Shown: positions 1-10,212 of the stretch, piece by piece
How positions within the stretch are numbered: the stretch's first letter is position 1
How the letters are laid out: every line of letters starts with the position of its first letter
Origin: an uncultured Planctomycetaceae bacterium
GTDB taxonomy: Bacteria > Planctomycetota > Planctomycetia > Pirellulales > PALSA-1355
DNA: 64,000 nucleotides
Reading direction: 5' to 3'
Assembly: GCA_963785305.1 (NCBI GenBank)
Contig: CAWAUV010000007.1
Span: 1,376,001-1,440,000, forward strand
Translations under genes and position numbers: made by a program
The notes under the pieces: generated by a model
Told to the model about the DNA's origin: nothing
The model's input: the letters and a program-made list of their open reading frames with translations, nothing else
Database searches by the model: none

Positions 1-688
1 CCGGCTGTTCGACCCTTGCAACCATGAAGAAGCGCCGCCCGAAGCCGGCGCCGGCTTGCTCGACCAATCGTTTTACGACAAGCGCTGGGTGCGCATCCGG
101 CGGCCGACGATCGTGGTTGGCGGCGAACTGACGATGGACAATCTGGAAGTCACGCTCAACACCTCGACCGGCATCAGCGAAGCGCCGATGCAGCTCAAGA
201 GCAATTGCGGCACGCTGGTGATCGACGATTTCGGCCGGCAAAAGATGGCGATCGACGAGTTGCTCAATCGCTGGATCGTGCCGCTCGAAAAGCGGCATGA
301 CTACTTGAACTTACCCAATGGCAAGAAAATCCAGGTGCCGTTCGATCAGTTAATTATCTTCTCGACGAACCTGCAGCCCAAGGACTTGGTCGACGACGCC
401 TTTTTGCGCCGCATTCCCTACAAGATCGAAGTGCATGACCCCACGGCCGAAGAATTCCACGAGCTGTTTCGCGTGATGACGCCGAAGCTGGGTTTCGTAT
501 ACGACAAGGCTCTCATCGACTATTTGATCGAGAAGCATTACCGCGCCGTGGGCCGCCCGTTCCGCTGCTGCCACCCGCGCGATCTCTTGATGCAGGCCCG
601 CAACCGCTGCATGTATCTCGCCCAGCCGCTCGAGCTCACGCGGGAATGCCTCGACTTCGCGGTTGAGAATTATTTCGTGCTGATGTGA
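1..688 (+). CDS. AAA+ family ATPase, 5' end outside the window
   Basis: Walker B-like [14 protein letters not shown] sensor and FLRRIPYK arginine-finger region. Confidence 0.75.
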   Translation, partial: RLFDPCNHEEAPPEAGAGLLDQSFYDKRWVRIRRPTIVVGGELTMDNLEVTLNTSTGISEAPMQLKSNCGTLVIDDFGRQKMAIDELLNRWIVPLEKRHDYLNLPNGKKIQVPFDQLIIFSTNLQPKDLVDDAFLRRIPYKIEVHDPTAEEFHELFRVMTPKLGFVYDKALIDYLIEKHYRAVGRPFRCCHPRDLLMQARNRCMYLAQPLELTRECLDFAVENYFVLM

Positions 689-845
689 GCCGGCTTTTCG
701 ACGCTCGCAACCGCGGGGCGCCAAACGCCGCGCCTCATTTCGCGACCGCGGCGCCCGCGATGCAGCCCCAGCCCGCGCATCCGACGCCAGGACACTATCG
801 CGATTTGGACTTCCCCCAACGCCGCCTCATTCCTCCTGTCTTCGG

Positions 846-929
846 CGTGTTCGTCGTGCCCGTCGTGTTAAAGTACTGCCTTGGCTTCAGCGAACAAAAG
901 AAGATTTAAACACGACGACACGAAGCACG
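846..929. repeat. Imperfect inverted repeat between convergent genes
   Basis: CGTG..CGTCGTGTTAAA (846-872) pairs with TTTAAACACGACG..CACG (905-929). Confidence 0.5.
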
Positions 930-1086
930 CGACGCAGGAAAGCAGCGGAGAAAAACAACGCGCTCCACCAACGCCGCGTGAATTTGTTGTTGGACGTGGA
1001 GCGAGCGCACGGCGTGGGCAGGGCACGCGATGATTCAGCCGCGTGGACAGGTTTATGACGAACCGGGCGCCCCGCCCGATACTCGC

Positions 1087-3177
1087 TCACGCCTTGGCCG
1101 CGGCCATCGACTCTTTCGCCGCCGCCACGACGTGATCCGTCGTGATACCGAAGTAGGTGTACAGCTTCGAATAGGGCCCCGAGGCGCCGAAGCCGCGCAT
1201 GCCCACGAATCGGCCCTTGGGACCTAGGTAACGCTCCCAGCCGAATTGCTCGGCCGCTTCCACCGCCACGCGGGCCGTCACGCTCGGCGGCAACACGCTG
1301 TCGCGATAGGCTTCGCTCTGCTCGGCGAAAAACTCCCAGCTGGGCAGGCTCACCACACGGGCCTTGACGCCTTCTTTGGTCAGCCGCTCGTAGGCCTCGA
1401 CCGCGAGCGACAACTCGCTGCCGGTGCCCATCAGGATCACTTCCGGCTTGCCATCGGCGGCGTCGGCCAGAATATAGCCGCCCTTTTGGAGTCCGGCGGC
1501 GGGAGCGTATTTCGCGCGATCGAGCGTCGGCAGATTTTGCCGGGTAAGCACGATAATCGCCGGCCGATCCTTGAGCGGCACAATCGACCGCCAAGCTTCC
1601 GCCACTTCGTTCGCGTCGCCCGGTCGCAGCACGATCAGGCCGGGAATCGCCCGCGCGGCGGCCAGATGCTCGATCGGCTGATGCGTGGGCCCGTCTTCGC
1701 CCACGCCGATCGAATCGTGCGTGAATACGATGATCGACGGCAGCTTCATGATCGAGGCCAATCGCAGGGACGGGCGCAGATAATCGCTAAACACGAAGAA
1801 CGTGGCTCCGAACGCGCGCACATACGACAGGCACATGCCATTCACGGCGGCCGTCATGCCATGTTCGCGAATGCCGAAGTGGAAATTGCGGCCCATATAG
1901 TGGCCAGGCTCGAACGAACCTTCGAACACCGCGCCATCGAGCTTGGTCATGGTCGAGGGAGCGAGATCGCCGGCCCCGCCGATGAGCCATGGCACATTCT
2001 TGGCGATGGCGTTGAGCACCTTGCCGCCCGAGATGCGCGTGGCCATGCCCTTGGCGTCGGCCGGGAAGATGGGAATATCCTTGTCCCAGCCCTTGGGCAG
2101 TTCGCGGGCTTCCATCAGCCGCCATTCCTCGGCCAGTTCGGGATGGGCCTTCTTGTATTCGTCGAACATCGCCCGCCAAGCCGTGCTTTCCTTCTTACCC
2201 GCGCGCCGATGCCCGCGGAGAAATGGGCCGTGACTTCCGGCGGCACGAGAAACTGGGCGTCTTCGGGCCAGTCGTAGAACTTCTTCGTCAGCTTGATTTC
2301 ATCGGCGCCTAGCGGACTGCCGTGCGCCTCGTGGGTGTCTTGCTTGTGGGGGGAGCCATAGCCAATGTGGCTGCGCACGATGATCAGCGTGGGCTTATCC
2401 TCGGTGGCCAGGAATTCCTTGTAAGCGGCGCCGCAGCGCGGCCAGATCGTTGGCGTCGGCCACATGGATCACATGCCACCCCAGGCCCTCGAATCGCCGG
2501 CCCACGTCCTCGCTAAAAGCGAGCTCGGTGTTGCCTTCGATCGTGATATGGTTGTCGTCGTAGATCCAGCAGAGGTTCGAGAGCTTCAGGTGGCCGGCGA
2601 TCGAGGCCGCCTCTTGGCTCACGCCCTCCATCATGTCGCCATCGCTGCACATCGCGTAAATGTCGTAGCCGAACAGATCGAAGCCCGGCTTATTGAAATG
2701 CGACGCCAACCACCGCTCGGCCACGGCGAACCCCACGCTCGTGCCCACGCCCTGCCCGAGCGGGCCGGTCGTGATCTCGACGCCGGTCGTTTCGAAATGC
2801 TCCGGATGCCCCGGGCAGCGGCTATGCAATTGGCGGAAATTCTTGATGTCCTCGAGCCGCACCGCCAGTTCGCCGATCGGCTTGTCGCCCTTGTACTGCT
2901 CGACGCCAGCCAAGTGCAGAACGGAATACAGCAGCATCGAAGCATGGCCACACGAGAGAACGAAGCGGTCGCGATTCGGCCAAAGCGGGTCTTTCGGATC
3001 GTAGTTCAGTGTCTCGTTCCACAGCGTATAAGCCACCGGGGCGAGCGCCATGGGAGTGCCGGGGTGACCGCTGTTGGCGGCCTGCACGGCGTCCATCGAC
3101 AGGGTGCGAATCGTGTTGATCGACAACATTTCGATGTCGGTGGCGTGAACGGCCGAACTAGGCGATGGTTTTTGCAT
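1087..3177 (-). CDS. tkt: Transketolase, split in three frames by probable sequencing indels
   Basis: Motifs [40 protein letters not shown] and GEDGPTHQP run colinearly across ORFs 2395..3219, 2115..2465 and 1087..2169. Confidence 0.95.
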
Positions 3178-3415
3178 AACAAGGCTTTGGCGAAAAGAAT
3201 GGACTTCCAATGAAACCACGAACGATGCTCGCGCCTCCGCAAGGGCGCAATAAGGCCGGCCGCGAGCGCCGGTTGAGTTTAGAAATCGCGGGCCGACCCG
3301 TCAACGACGAGGCCCCGGGCGCGTTGGCCCCCGCGACCAGCAAAACGCGACCCGAACGGCGGAAAACCCGCTGGCAGGCGCCAAAAGCGCGAACCGCTTC
3401 GCCCGTCGAGGCTTA

Positions 3416-4156
3416 CTAGAAAGTCAGTTCCATGCGGTCGAAACCTAGTTCGACGCGCGGAAAAATGCTTCGCGCCGCCGACAGATTCAAAAACGCCTCG
3501 CTATCGTCGAGCGGATTCAAATGCGTGAGCACCAGCCGGCCCACGCCAGCCGCTCGGGCCACTTCGGCCACGGCGCTAGTGCAACTATGGCCGGTTCGCC
3601 GAGCCAGTTCGGCGAGCGAATCGGGAAAATTGCACTCATGCACCAAGAGATCGACCCCGCGGATCGCCTCGACATAGCCGGCCTCGAGCGCCGCGGTGGT
3701 GTCCGTCACATAGGCCATCGAGCGATCGGGCCAATCGAGGCGAAAACCAAGCGACCGGCCCGGATGTTCGAGCGAAAACGCCGTCAGCCGCCCTCCGTCG
3801 GCCAGCGCCACGGATCCCGTGAGCGGCAGATAGCGACAAGGCAGCGCGACCGGAAAGATCGCTTCGGCGAGCAAGTGTTCGGCGATGGCGCGCAGTGTTT
3901 CCGGCGCCCCATGCACCGCCACATCGTCCAGCGGCTTTTGCCAGAGCACATCGAGCAGATACGTGAGCCCGACGACATGGTCGAGATGGGCGTGGCTGAG
4001 AAAGATGTCGATTTTCGGCGTGGCGAGATACTCCGGCAGCCGAAACATGGCGCTACCGGCATCGAGCACGACGCCAACCTCGGGCAGCAGCAGGCAAGCC
4101 GTGTGCCGCCGATCGTTGGGATGGTAGCCGGCGGTGCCGAGCAAGACCAACTTCAT
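3416..4156 (-). CDS. MBL-fold metallo-hydrolase (RNase Z/BN-like)
   Basis: Starts MKLVLLGTAG; contains SHAHLDH (HxHxDH), YVTDT, LVHEC, GHSC and LTHL. Confidence 0.85.
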   Translation of the reverse strand: MKLVLLGTAGYHPNDRRHTACLLLPEVGVVLDAGSAMFRLPEYLATPKIDIFLSHAHLDHVVGLTYLLDVLWQKPLDDVAVHGAPETLRAIAEHLLAEAIFPVALPCRYLPLTGSVALADGGRLTAFSLEHPGRSLGFRLDWPDRSMAYVTDTTAALEAGYVEAIRGVDLLVHECNFPDSLAELARRTGHSCTSAVAEVARAAGVGRLVLTHLNPLDDSEAFLNLSAARSIFPRVELGFDRMELTF

Positions 4157-4360
4157 ACAAGCTCGCGTCAAAATGTCGCCCCGGGTTCGCGAGCATGCGA
4201 AACACACGCCCGCGTGAGACCCGAAGCCGCGTGAAGACTCCGAAGCCGCCCGAGAATCTACCCCGAGCGGTTTGCCGAAGTCAACCGACGACCAGCACCG
4301 CGGGAACTTGGGCCCTTGTGCGCGGAAAGTGAGAAGTTCCTCGCAAAAAGCGGGCCACAA

Positions 4361-4840
4361 AGGCAGTTCCCTTCCCTCCACGGACAGCGGTGCGCCGTCG
4401 TTGTTGTTCGCTGCTTCTTTGGTACTATGGAACTGCCTGACCTCCCGGGAACGTGCATGTCGGACTTGTGGCCTCGCGCCTTCTCCGACCGATCCGCTTC
4501 CGGTGAAACGGATGTTCCCGGGGCCTCCCGGCTTCCGTGAGGAACGCTTCCAACCGTGCCTGTGGTCTCTTACTCCGTGGGAGAGACGCCGTACTCGCCT
4601 TGTTCGTTCGTCTTCTCTATTGCCTTCCCGCATGTATCGAGCAACGGGGTTAGGACAAGGTCGGCCACCGCAAAAGAATGTTTTCGGATCTCAATACACC
4701 GCCCGGCTGGCGCCTCTGTGAACGCTCCGCCCCGCCGGCTACCCGACACGACGCATCACTCGAGGCCGAGGTGGCCGGCTAGGCCTTGCCTCGCGCGGCT
4801 CTTTAATTCGCTACTCTCCTCCGGCTTCGGGCCGGCGCAC
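4361..4840 (-). mobile_element. Group II intron 5' fragment (about domains I-III); no RT ORF, no DV/DVI
   Basis: Minus strand begins GTGCGCCGGCCCGAAGCCGG (GUGYG 5' consensus plus hairpin). It later has AAGTCCGACATGCACG..AGGTCAGGCAGTTCCATAGTACC..GAAGCAGCGAACAA..CCGTGGAGGGAAGGGAACTG, typical of the bacterial group II DII/DIII region. Confidence 0.75.
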
Positions 4841-4936
4841 ACTACCACCCTGTGCATGATCACGCCACCGGCCATTCCAATTCACGTTAAACCAGGACAT
4901 ACTCACCCAAAGCATCGATCGTAATATGAGGATAAC

Positions 4937-6256
4937 ATGGCGGATTTAAACGGGTTTGTGCGGGAGTTTAAATCGCGGTTGGCGGGTGTATCGCGCGATG
5001 ACTATCTGGAGAAGTGGGGTTTGAGATGGGTGCTCGGCGCTGTCGTTAGCAAGTTTCCATTAGATGAGATCTCGCTGTATCTTGAGGATGTCTTCGGTCA
5101 CACAGAGACGGAAGCTTTCTACGCGGGCTTTCAGCCTCAATTAAGTCAGGCGCGAGGTCATATTCTTGGCGTACTTGCAAGGCGCATCGACTCCTTCTGC
5201 ATCGAAACAATTGCCGGCGGCATCTCGATTGACGAATCCGCGTTGCTTGCGGAATTAACCGAGTTACAGGATGCCATCCGGAGTGGTAAGGTCGAATATA
5301 CGATAACGTTGCATTTGACGAACATCGACGTTTCCGAGGGTTTTAGGCTGACCGATGGCACGACGTTCCGCAAACTGTCGCCCGAAGAGGTATTCCAACG
5401 ATATTCGATAAGCTCCCCATTGTTCACACCGCCGCCTAACACAATACAGATTTGGGGCAGTCATTGCGTTGAGGCCGTATTGTTCGGAACAGCCACGCCG
5501 GCAGAGCTTCAGAAAATGGCGACACTAACGGAACAATGTCTAACGGGTAATTCAATACTACATGCGTTTTATATTAGCGGAATCGACTTCGGCCTTTATC
5601 CCAAAATCAGTCATCTTAACGTTGCGTCTTGTATAGAGAGCAGCTCATACTTATATGGATACGGCGAATTGTTGCATCAGCCGCGCATGCTGTCCGCAGA
5701 TGATGTTGAATTGTACATTGATGCTCATGCGACGTTGAAGACTGCCGAAACCGATCGCGTGCTTGACATCGCTATTGACCGTTTTGTCCTTGGCAAGAAG
5801 CGCAGCCTGCATCACCCAAATCGAATATACAAGCCGAACTGGGACAAGCTCGTTGACTACGTCATCGTCATGGAAACTCTCTTTCTAACAATGAACGGAT
5901 CTCCCACTTCGGCAGAGCTGTCGTATCGTCTGCAAGTCAATGGTTCGCTCATTTTGCGCACATGTCTGCCCCTTGACGTACGTACGATCTTCGACGCGCT
6001 CAAGCATCTTTATTCATTGCGCTCGAAGGTTGTTCATGGAAGTGCAGAAGCAGACATTTTAAAAGCCGCGAATAAATTTCTTCGATTGGTCGAACATGAC
6101 GTTGGCGATAGAAATTCGCTGGCGACTTTGACGATGATTACGAAGCGTGTCGAAGGATGGCTTACGATTCTAATCAAGCAACTCGGAAAGATGCCGGTCA
6201 ATGACCGTCCGTATCGAAAGTTAAACGGCTGGGAGGATGAGGTGCTGACGATTTGA
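4937..6256 (+). CDS. HEPN-domain protein (ApeA-like C-terminal HEPN), putative defence RNase
   Basis: C-terminal ETLF..ELSYRL..LYSLRSKVVHG (Rx4H). Lower GC than the flanks. The last codons and stop come from the IS3 left IR. Confidence 0.65.
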   Translation: MADLNGFVREFKSRLAGVSRDDYLEKWGLRWVLGAVVSKFPLDEISLYLEDVFGHTETEAFYAGFQPQLSQARGHILGVLARRIDSFCIETIAGGISIDESALLAELTELQDAIRSGKVEYTITLHLTNIDVSEGFRLTDGTTFRKLSPEEVFQRYSISSPLFTPPPNTIQIWGSHCVEAVLFGTATPAELQKMATLTEQCLTGNSILHAFYISGIDFGLYPKISHLNVASCIESSSYLYGYGELLHQPRMLSADDVELYIDAHATLKTAETDRVLDIAIDRFVLGKKRSLHHPNRIYKPNWDKLVDYVIVMETLFLTMNGSPTSAELSYRLQVNGSLILRTCLPLDVRTIFDALKHLYSLRSKVVHGSAEADILKAANKFLRLVEHDVGDRNSLATLTMITKRVEGWLTILIKQLGKMPVNDRPYRKLNGWEDEVLTI

Positions 6257-6277
6257 CGGACAGGCGGACAACTTAGC

Positions 6278-6628
6278 ATGGGCGTCCAGCAAAGGAGAGC
6301 CTGGATGAGCAAGAAGCGAGTTCGGTCCGTAAAGTCTGCCCCGGCGGCGCCGGCGTCTCGGTCGCGGCGGGCGTTCGACGAGGGCTTCAAGAGTGAAGCG
6401 GTGGCAATGCTGCTGGATGGACATTCGGCGGCCTCGGTCGCCGAGCGGCTCGGGCTGTCGAGCGTGAATTTGCTGTACCGCTGGAAGCGCGAGCAGCTCG
6501 ACAAGGCCGGGCCGGCGGCGAGCTCGCTCGAGGCACGCGTGCGGCAGCTCGAACACGAGTTGCAGCGCGTCGAGCGCGAGCGTGACATCCTAAAAAAAGC
6601 GTTGGCTATTTTCGGCCGCAACGGGTGA
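6278..6628 (+). CDS. IS3 OrfA (HTH) of element A
   Basis: FKSEAV..LYRWK..ERDILKKA; A7G slippery site at 6592-6599. Confidence 0.9.
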   Translation: MGVQQRRAWMSKKRVRSVKSAPAAPASRSRRAFDEGFKSEAVAMLLDGHSAASVAERLGLSSVNLLYRWKREQLDKAGPAASSLEARVRQLEHELQRVERERDILKKALAIFGRNG

Positions 6629-7512
6629 GTGACATGTATGCCGCCGTCGAACCGATCGTCGCCGAAAGTCAGTCGTCTACATCCGTGGTATGCGATGTGC
6701 TTGATGTCTCGCGCAGCGCGTACTACGCCTGGCGCGGCACCGTGACCTCGACGCGCGAACAGCGCGACACGGAGCTTTCGCCGCGGGTGCGCGAAATCTT
6801 CTGGAAGCATCGACGACGCTACGGCGCCCGACGAATCGCCTGGGAGTTGACCGAGGCGGGCCACGCGTGCAGCCCCCGAAAAGCCGCGGAAATCATGCGG
6901 AATCTGGGCCTCAAGGCCATTCAGCCGAAGTCGTTCAAGCCGCGCACGACCGACAGCCGCCATCGCCTGGGCTACAGTCCGAACCTGCTGCTGGAGGAAC
7001 CCGAGACCACGCGGACCGATCAGCTTTGGGTCGGCGACATCACGTACATTCCGATGGCCGATCGATCGTTCTGTTATCTGGCGATGCTGATGGATCGCCA
7101 CTCGCGATTGCTCATCGGCTGGGAACTGGACGCATCGATGACCGACGCGCTGACCGCTCGCGCGCTCACGCAAGCCGTGCGTCGACGCCACCCGTCGGCG
7201 AACCTGATCCATCACACCGACCGTGGTGGTCAATACGCGAGTCATCGTTACCGCGACATCCTCCGCCGCGCCGGTTTCCGCCAGAGCATGAGTCGCGCCG
7301 ACAACTGCTACGACAATGCATTCATCGAATCGTGCTTCGGAACCATCAAGACCGAACTGGAAATGACCGAATATCAAAACGAGCGCGTCGCCGCGGGCGA
7401 GATCGCCGAGTTCGTGCGCTACTACAACCACGAACGCCGCCACTCCTCCTTGGGCTACCGCACGCCCTTCGAATTCGAGCAACAACTGAACAACCAAACA
7501 CCGACGCCTTAG
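6625..7512 (+). CDS. IS3 OrfB (DDE transposase) of element A
   Basis: WVGDITY, HHTDRGGQY, NCYDNAFIES, YYNHERRHSSLGY. Confidence 0.93.
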   Translation: MSDMYAAVEPIVAESQSSTSVVCDVLDVSRSAYYAWRGTVTSTREQRDTELSPRVREIFWKHRRRYGARRIAWELTEAGHACSPRKAAEIMRNLGLKAIQPKSFKPRTTDSRHRLGYSPNLLLEEPETTRTDQLWVGDITYIPMADRSFCYLAMLMDRHSRLLIGWELDASMTDALTARALTQAVRRRHPSANLIHHTDRGGQYASHRYRDILRRAGFRQSMSRADNCYDNAFIESCFGTIKTELEMTEYQNERVAAGEIAEFVRYYNHERRHSSLGYRTPFEFEQQLNNQTPTP

Positions 7513-7621
7513 AGAATCGTGAGGTGGATCCCGTTTTTCGGACCACGGGGATAGATGGAAAGCGGGCGGCGGATCGGGGAGAAAGGAGGCCTCGTGGAGG
7601 GAACCATTTAGGAGAGCAACG

Positions 7622-7915
7622 ATGCCTCGGAAGCGACGATTGTTCGATGGGTCTTTCAAGGCCAAGGTTGCCTTGGATGCGATGCGTGGCCTGAAGACGG
7701 TGAGTGAGCTGGCGGCGTTGCACAAGGTGCATCCGACGCAGATCGCGCTCTGGAAGAAGCAGCTCCAGGAGGGAGCGGCGGGCGTGTTCGAGTCGCCCTC
7801 GGCGAAGAAGGCGCCGACGGACGAGCCGAGCGCAGCGGAGCTTTACGAGCAGATCGGTCGGCTGAAGATCGAACTGGATTGGCTCAAAAAAAAAGTGGCC
7901 GAGAACGGTGGCTGA
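7622..7915 (+). CDS. IS3 OrfA of element B
   Basis: FKAKVALDA..LYEQIGRLKIELDWLKKK; A9G slippery site at 7886-7895. Confidence 0.9.
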   Translation: MPRKRRLFDGSFKAKVALDAMRGLKTVSELAALHKVHPTQIALWKKQLQEGAAGVFESPSAKKAPTDEPSAAELYEQIGRLKIELDWLKKKVAENGG

Positions 7916-8749
7916 GCGGCGAAGCTGGATCGAGCCCGACGCCGGCGGCTTGAGCGTGCGTCGGCAGTGCGAGCTGTTGGGACTTCATCGGTCGAACCTC
8001 TATTACGAGCCCGTACCCGAGAGCGCCGACGAGCTACGGTTGATGCGTCTGATCGATGAAGAATATTTGCGGCATCCGCATTCTGGGAAGCCGGGGCATG
8101 GTGCTGCATCTGGCGCGACAAGACGAGGTGGTGAATCGCAAGAAAATGCAGCGATTGCTGCGGAAAATGGGCCTGCAGTCGCTGGCCCCGCGGCCGAACA
8201 CGACCCGGCGGGCCGCTGGCCACAAGGTCTATCCGTATTTGTTGCGAGGCGTGGAGATCGTGCGTCCGAACCAGGTCTGGGCCTGCGACATCACCTATGT
8301 GCCGATGCGGCGTGGCTACTTGTACCTGACGGCCGTGATGGATTGGTTCAGCCGCTATGTGCTGGCCTGGCAGTTGTCGAACAGCATGGATGTCGAGTTC
8401 TGTCTGGAAGCGTTGGAAGGAGCGCCTCCGTCATGGACGGCCGGAGATATTCAACACCGACCAGGGCTCGCAGTTCACCAGCGGACAATTTACCGAGCGG
8501 CTGCAGCGGGAGTCGATCGCCATCAGCATGGACGGCAAAGGCCGAGCCATCGACAACGTGATGATCGAGCGGCTATGGCGAACGGTGAAATACGAGAACA
8601 TCTACCTCAAGGAGTACACGACGGGAACCGATTGTCATGAAGGACTGAGCGCGTACTTTAACTATTACTGCCACGAGCGACCTCACCAGGGCCTGGCCAA
8701 CCGCACGCCCTGGGAAACCTACCGCGGCAATCGTCGAACGCCTCGCTGA
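7908..8749 (+). CDS. IS3 OrfB of element B, with two additional frame breaks
   Basis: WACDITY, NTDQGSQF and DNVMIERLWRTVKYE spread over three frames. Confidence 0.88.
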
Positions 8750-8827
8750 CCACCATCTAAGAAACCCGCCCCCGTGGTCCGAAAAACGGGGTCCACCTCA
8801 TCGCCTGTCCGTCAAATCGTCAGCACC

Positions 8828-8992
8828 TCAGCCGTCCTGGCTATTCGCCAAAGCGATTATGTCCTTCGTCAGACTGGCTGACGCTTCGCCACCGTCCCAT
8901 TCCATCTGAGCTTTTGCGTCGATGTTCGGGCTTTCTCCCGCAGCGTCGATGAATCGAATCAATTCATCGGACGAATGAGTGCTTATTGACAT
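8828..8992 (-). pseudogene. N-terminal stump of an AlbA_2/Schlafen-like domain protein, cut by IS3
   Basis: My translation: MSISTHSSDELIRFIDAAGESPNIDAKAQMEWDGGEASASLTKDIIALANSQDG, then TGA from the IS end. The ExxxxxxK..KDIIALAN..G pattern fits AlbA_2. Not in the ORF track. Confidence 0.6.
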
Positions 8993-9013
8993 TTGATAAC
9001 TCCGACAAGCCCT

Positions 9014-9265
9014 TCACTTCCCCTTCCCCACCTTCCCTCGCCCCGCCCCATTCCCGATCTCCCCATTCCCGATCTCCTTCACCAACCTATCAAGCGTCTT
9101 GTCGTCGCACTTGGCAAAGGCTCTGAAGACATCGGGGCGTTGAAGGACTCGCTGCTTGACCGGCTCAGGAATCCGCTTCGCCAGGATCAGCAGTTCCTCC
9201 TCGTCGGCTTCCAAAACATCGGCCACCTTGTGGATCAGGGCATCGGACGGGTAGTCGCCGATCAA
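9014..9265 (-). pseudogene. C-terminal half of an XRE regulator paralog, HTH missing
   Basis: GDYPSDALIHKVADVLEADEEELLILAKRIPE..DDKTLD aligns with the C-terminal half of 10213..10560. Confidence 0.7.
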
Positions 9266-10158
9266 GGAATCGCTTCCTCTTCCTCGGGGTAATGTGGGTC
9301 GAGGTCTTCAGCAGGCGGCACGGTTTCTTCGATCACGTCCGCACCATATTTCTCAGCAAGAAATCGCTCTCGGTAAAGGTAGTAGGCGGCTTGGCAGACG
9401 TTCGATGTGAAGTATGCGTTGAATCCACCGCCAACCACCGCCCCAGCAACCGGCAGAACTTGGGCCAGCTTCTCCTTGGTCAATCGGATTCCGAGGGCTT
9501 TCGATATTACCTGGACCACTTGCACCAAGGCGTGCTGCTCAAGGGCCTTCCATGCCTTCTTTTTTGCCGTGTCCTCGGCGATCCTCACCAACTGCGCCAT
9601 TGCAGCCGCCTTACATGCGGCCGTTGACGACGATTCAAGGCCCAGAATGTTTAGAGCGAACAGCCGCTCTTGTTGCGTGGAAATGTCGAAGCCGTAGTAC
9701 GTGGCGTATTCTCCGATTGCACGGAGGTTCAACGTGATGAGTGCCACGACATCGGGAGGAATTCCCGGCAAACCGATGGACCCTAGCCCGGCACCTTCGA
9801 CGAGGGCGATACCCTTGTACTTGGCATCTAGCCAACCAACGATTTTGTCGATCTTTTCCAGTTCAAGCCGATGAATGTCGCTGGAACAATGAACGTCTGC
9901 ATAGCCGGCTTTGCGAAACTCATTGTAGATCGCCTCGGTCGAAACGCTCCACTGGGCGACATCGTTGCAAATTCCGGTGATGCCTTGGATTGCGAACTTG
10001 ATTGCGTCTCCTACGCCGGGCGTGGCGAGCAAAGCGTCTCCGGCCTTGTCGAGAGGCCAATTCAACAACGTCATCGCCTTGCCGAACCATCCGATCTCCG
10101 GGTTCTTCCAGGCATGAATCTCCTTCAATGCGTGCTGCTCGTATGGCGGTTTGTCCAT
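9262..10158 (-). CDS. EcsC family protein
   Basis: EGAGLG..GLPGIPPDVVAL..YATYYGFD and LAQVLPVAGAVVGGGFN..YRERFL. Confidence 0.75.
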   Translation of the reverse strand: MDKPPYEQHALKEIHAWKNPEIGWFGKAMTLLNWPLDKAGDALLATPGVGDAIKFAIQGITGICNDVAQWSVSTEAIYNEFRKAGYADVHCSSDIHRLELEKIDKIVGWLDAKYKGIALVEGAGLGSIGLPGIPPDVVALITLNLRAIGEYATYYGFDISTQQERLFALNILGLESSSTAACKAAAMAQLVRIAEDTAKKKAWKALEQHALVQVVQVISKALGIRLTKEKLAQVLPVAGAVVGGGFNAYFTSNVCQAAYYLYRERFLAEKYGADVIEETVPPAEDLDPHYPEEEEAIP

Positions 10159-10212
10159 TTGCGTGGTCTTTCGTTTTGATTCCCAAACACTAGCATTGCC
10201 GACGCAGCACAT

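Larger units (their letters stand above)
7520..8800 (+). mobile_element. IS3-family element B nested in element A
   Basis: IRs TGAGGTGGATCCCGTTTTTCGGACCACGGGG and CCCCGTGGTCCGAAAAACGGGGTCCACCTCA. 3-bp target duplication TCG at 7517-7519 and 8801-8803. Confidence 0.93.
6238..8830 (+). mobile_element. IS3-family element A (outer), interrupted by element B
   Basis: IRL TGAGGTGCTGACGATTTGACGGACAGGCG at 6238; its exact reverse complement is at 8802-8830. TG..CA ends. Confidence 0.92.

Noticed and set aside
4157..4633. N-terminal extension of ORF 3416..4633
   Set aside because: The MBL fold starts at 4156; the extension reads through intron-derived non-coding sequence.
9044..9076. 15-bp tandem duplication encoding EIGNG twice
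   Set aside because: Only two copies at the tail of a gene fragment; likely local slippage.
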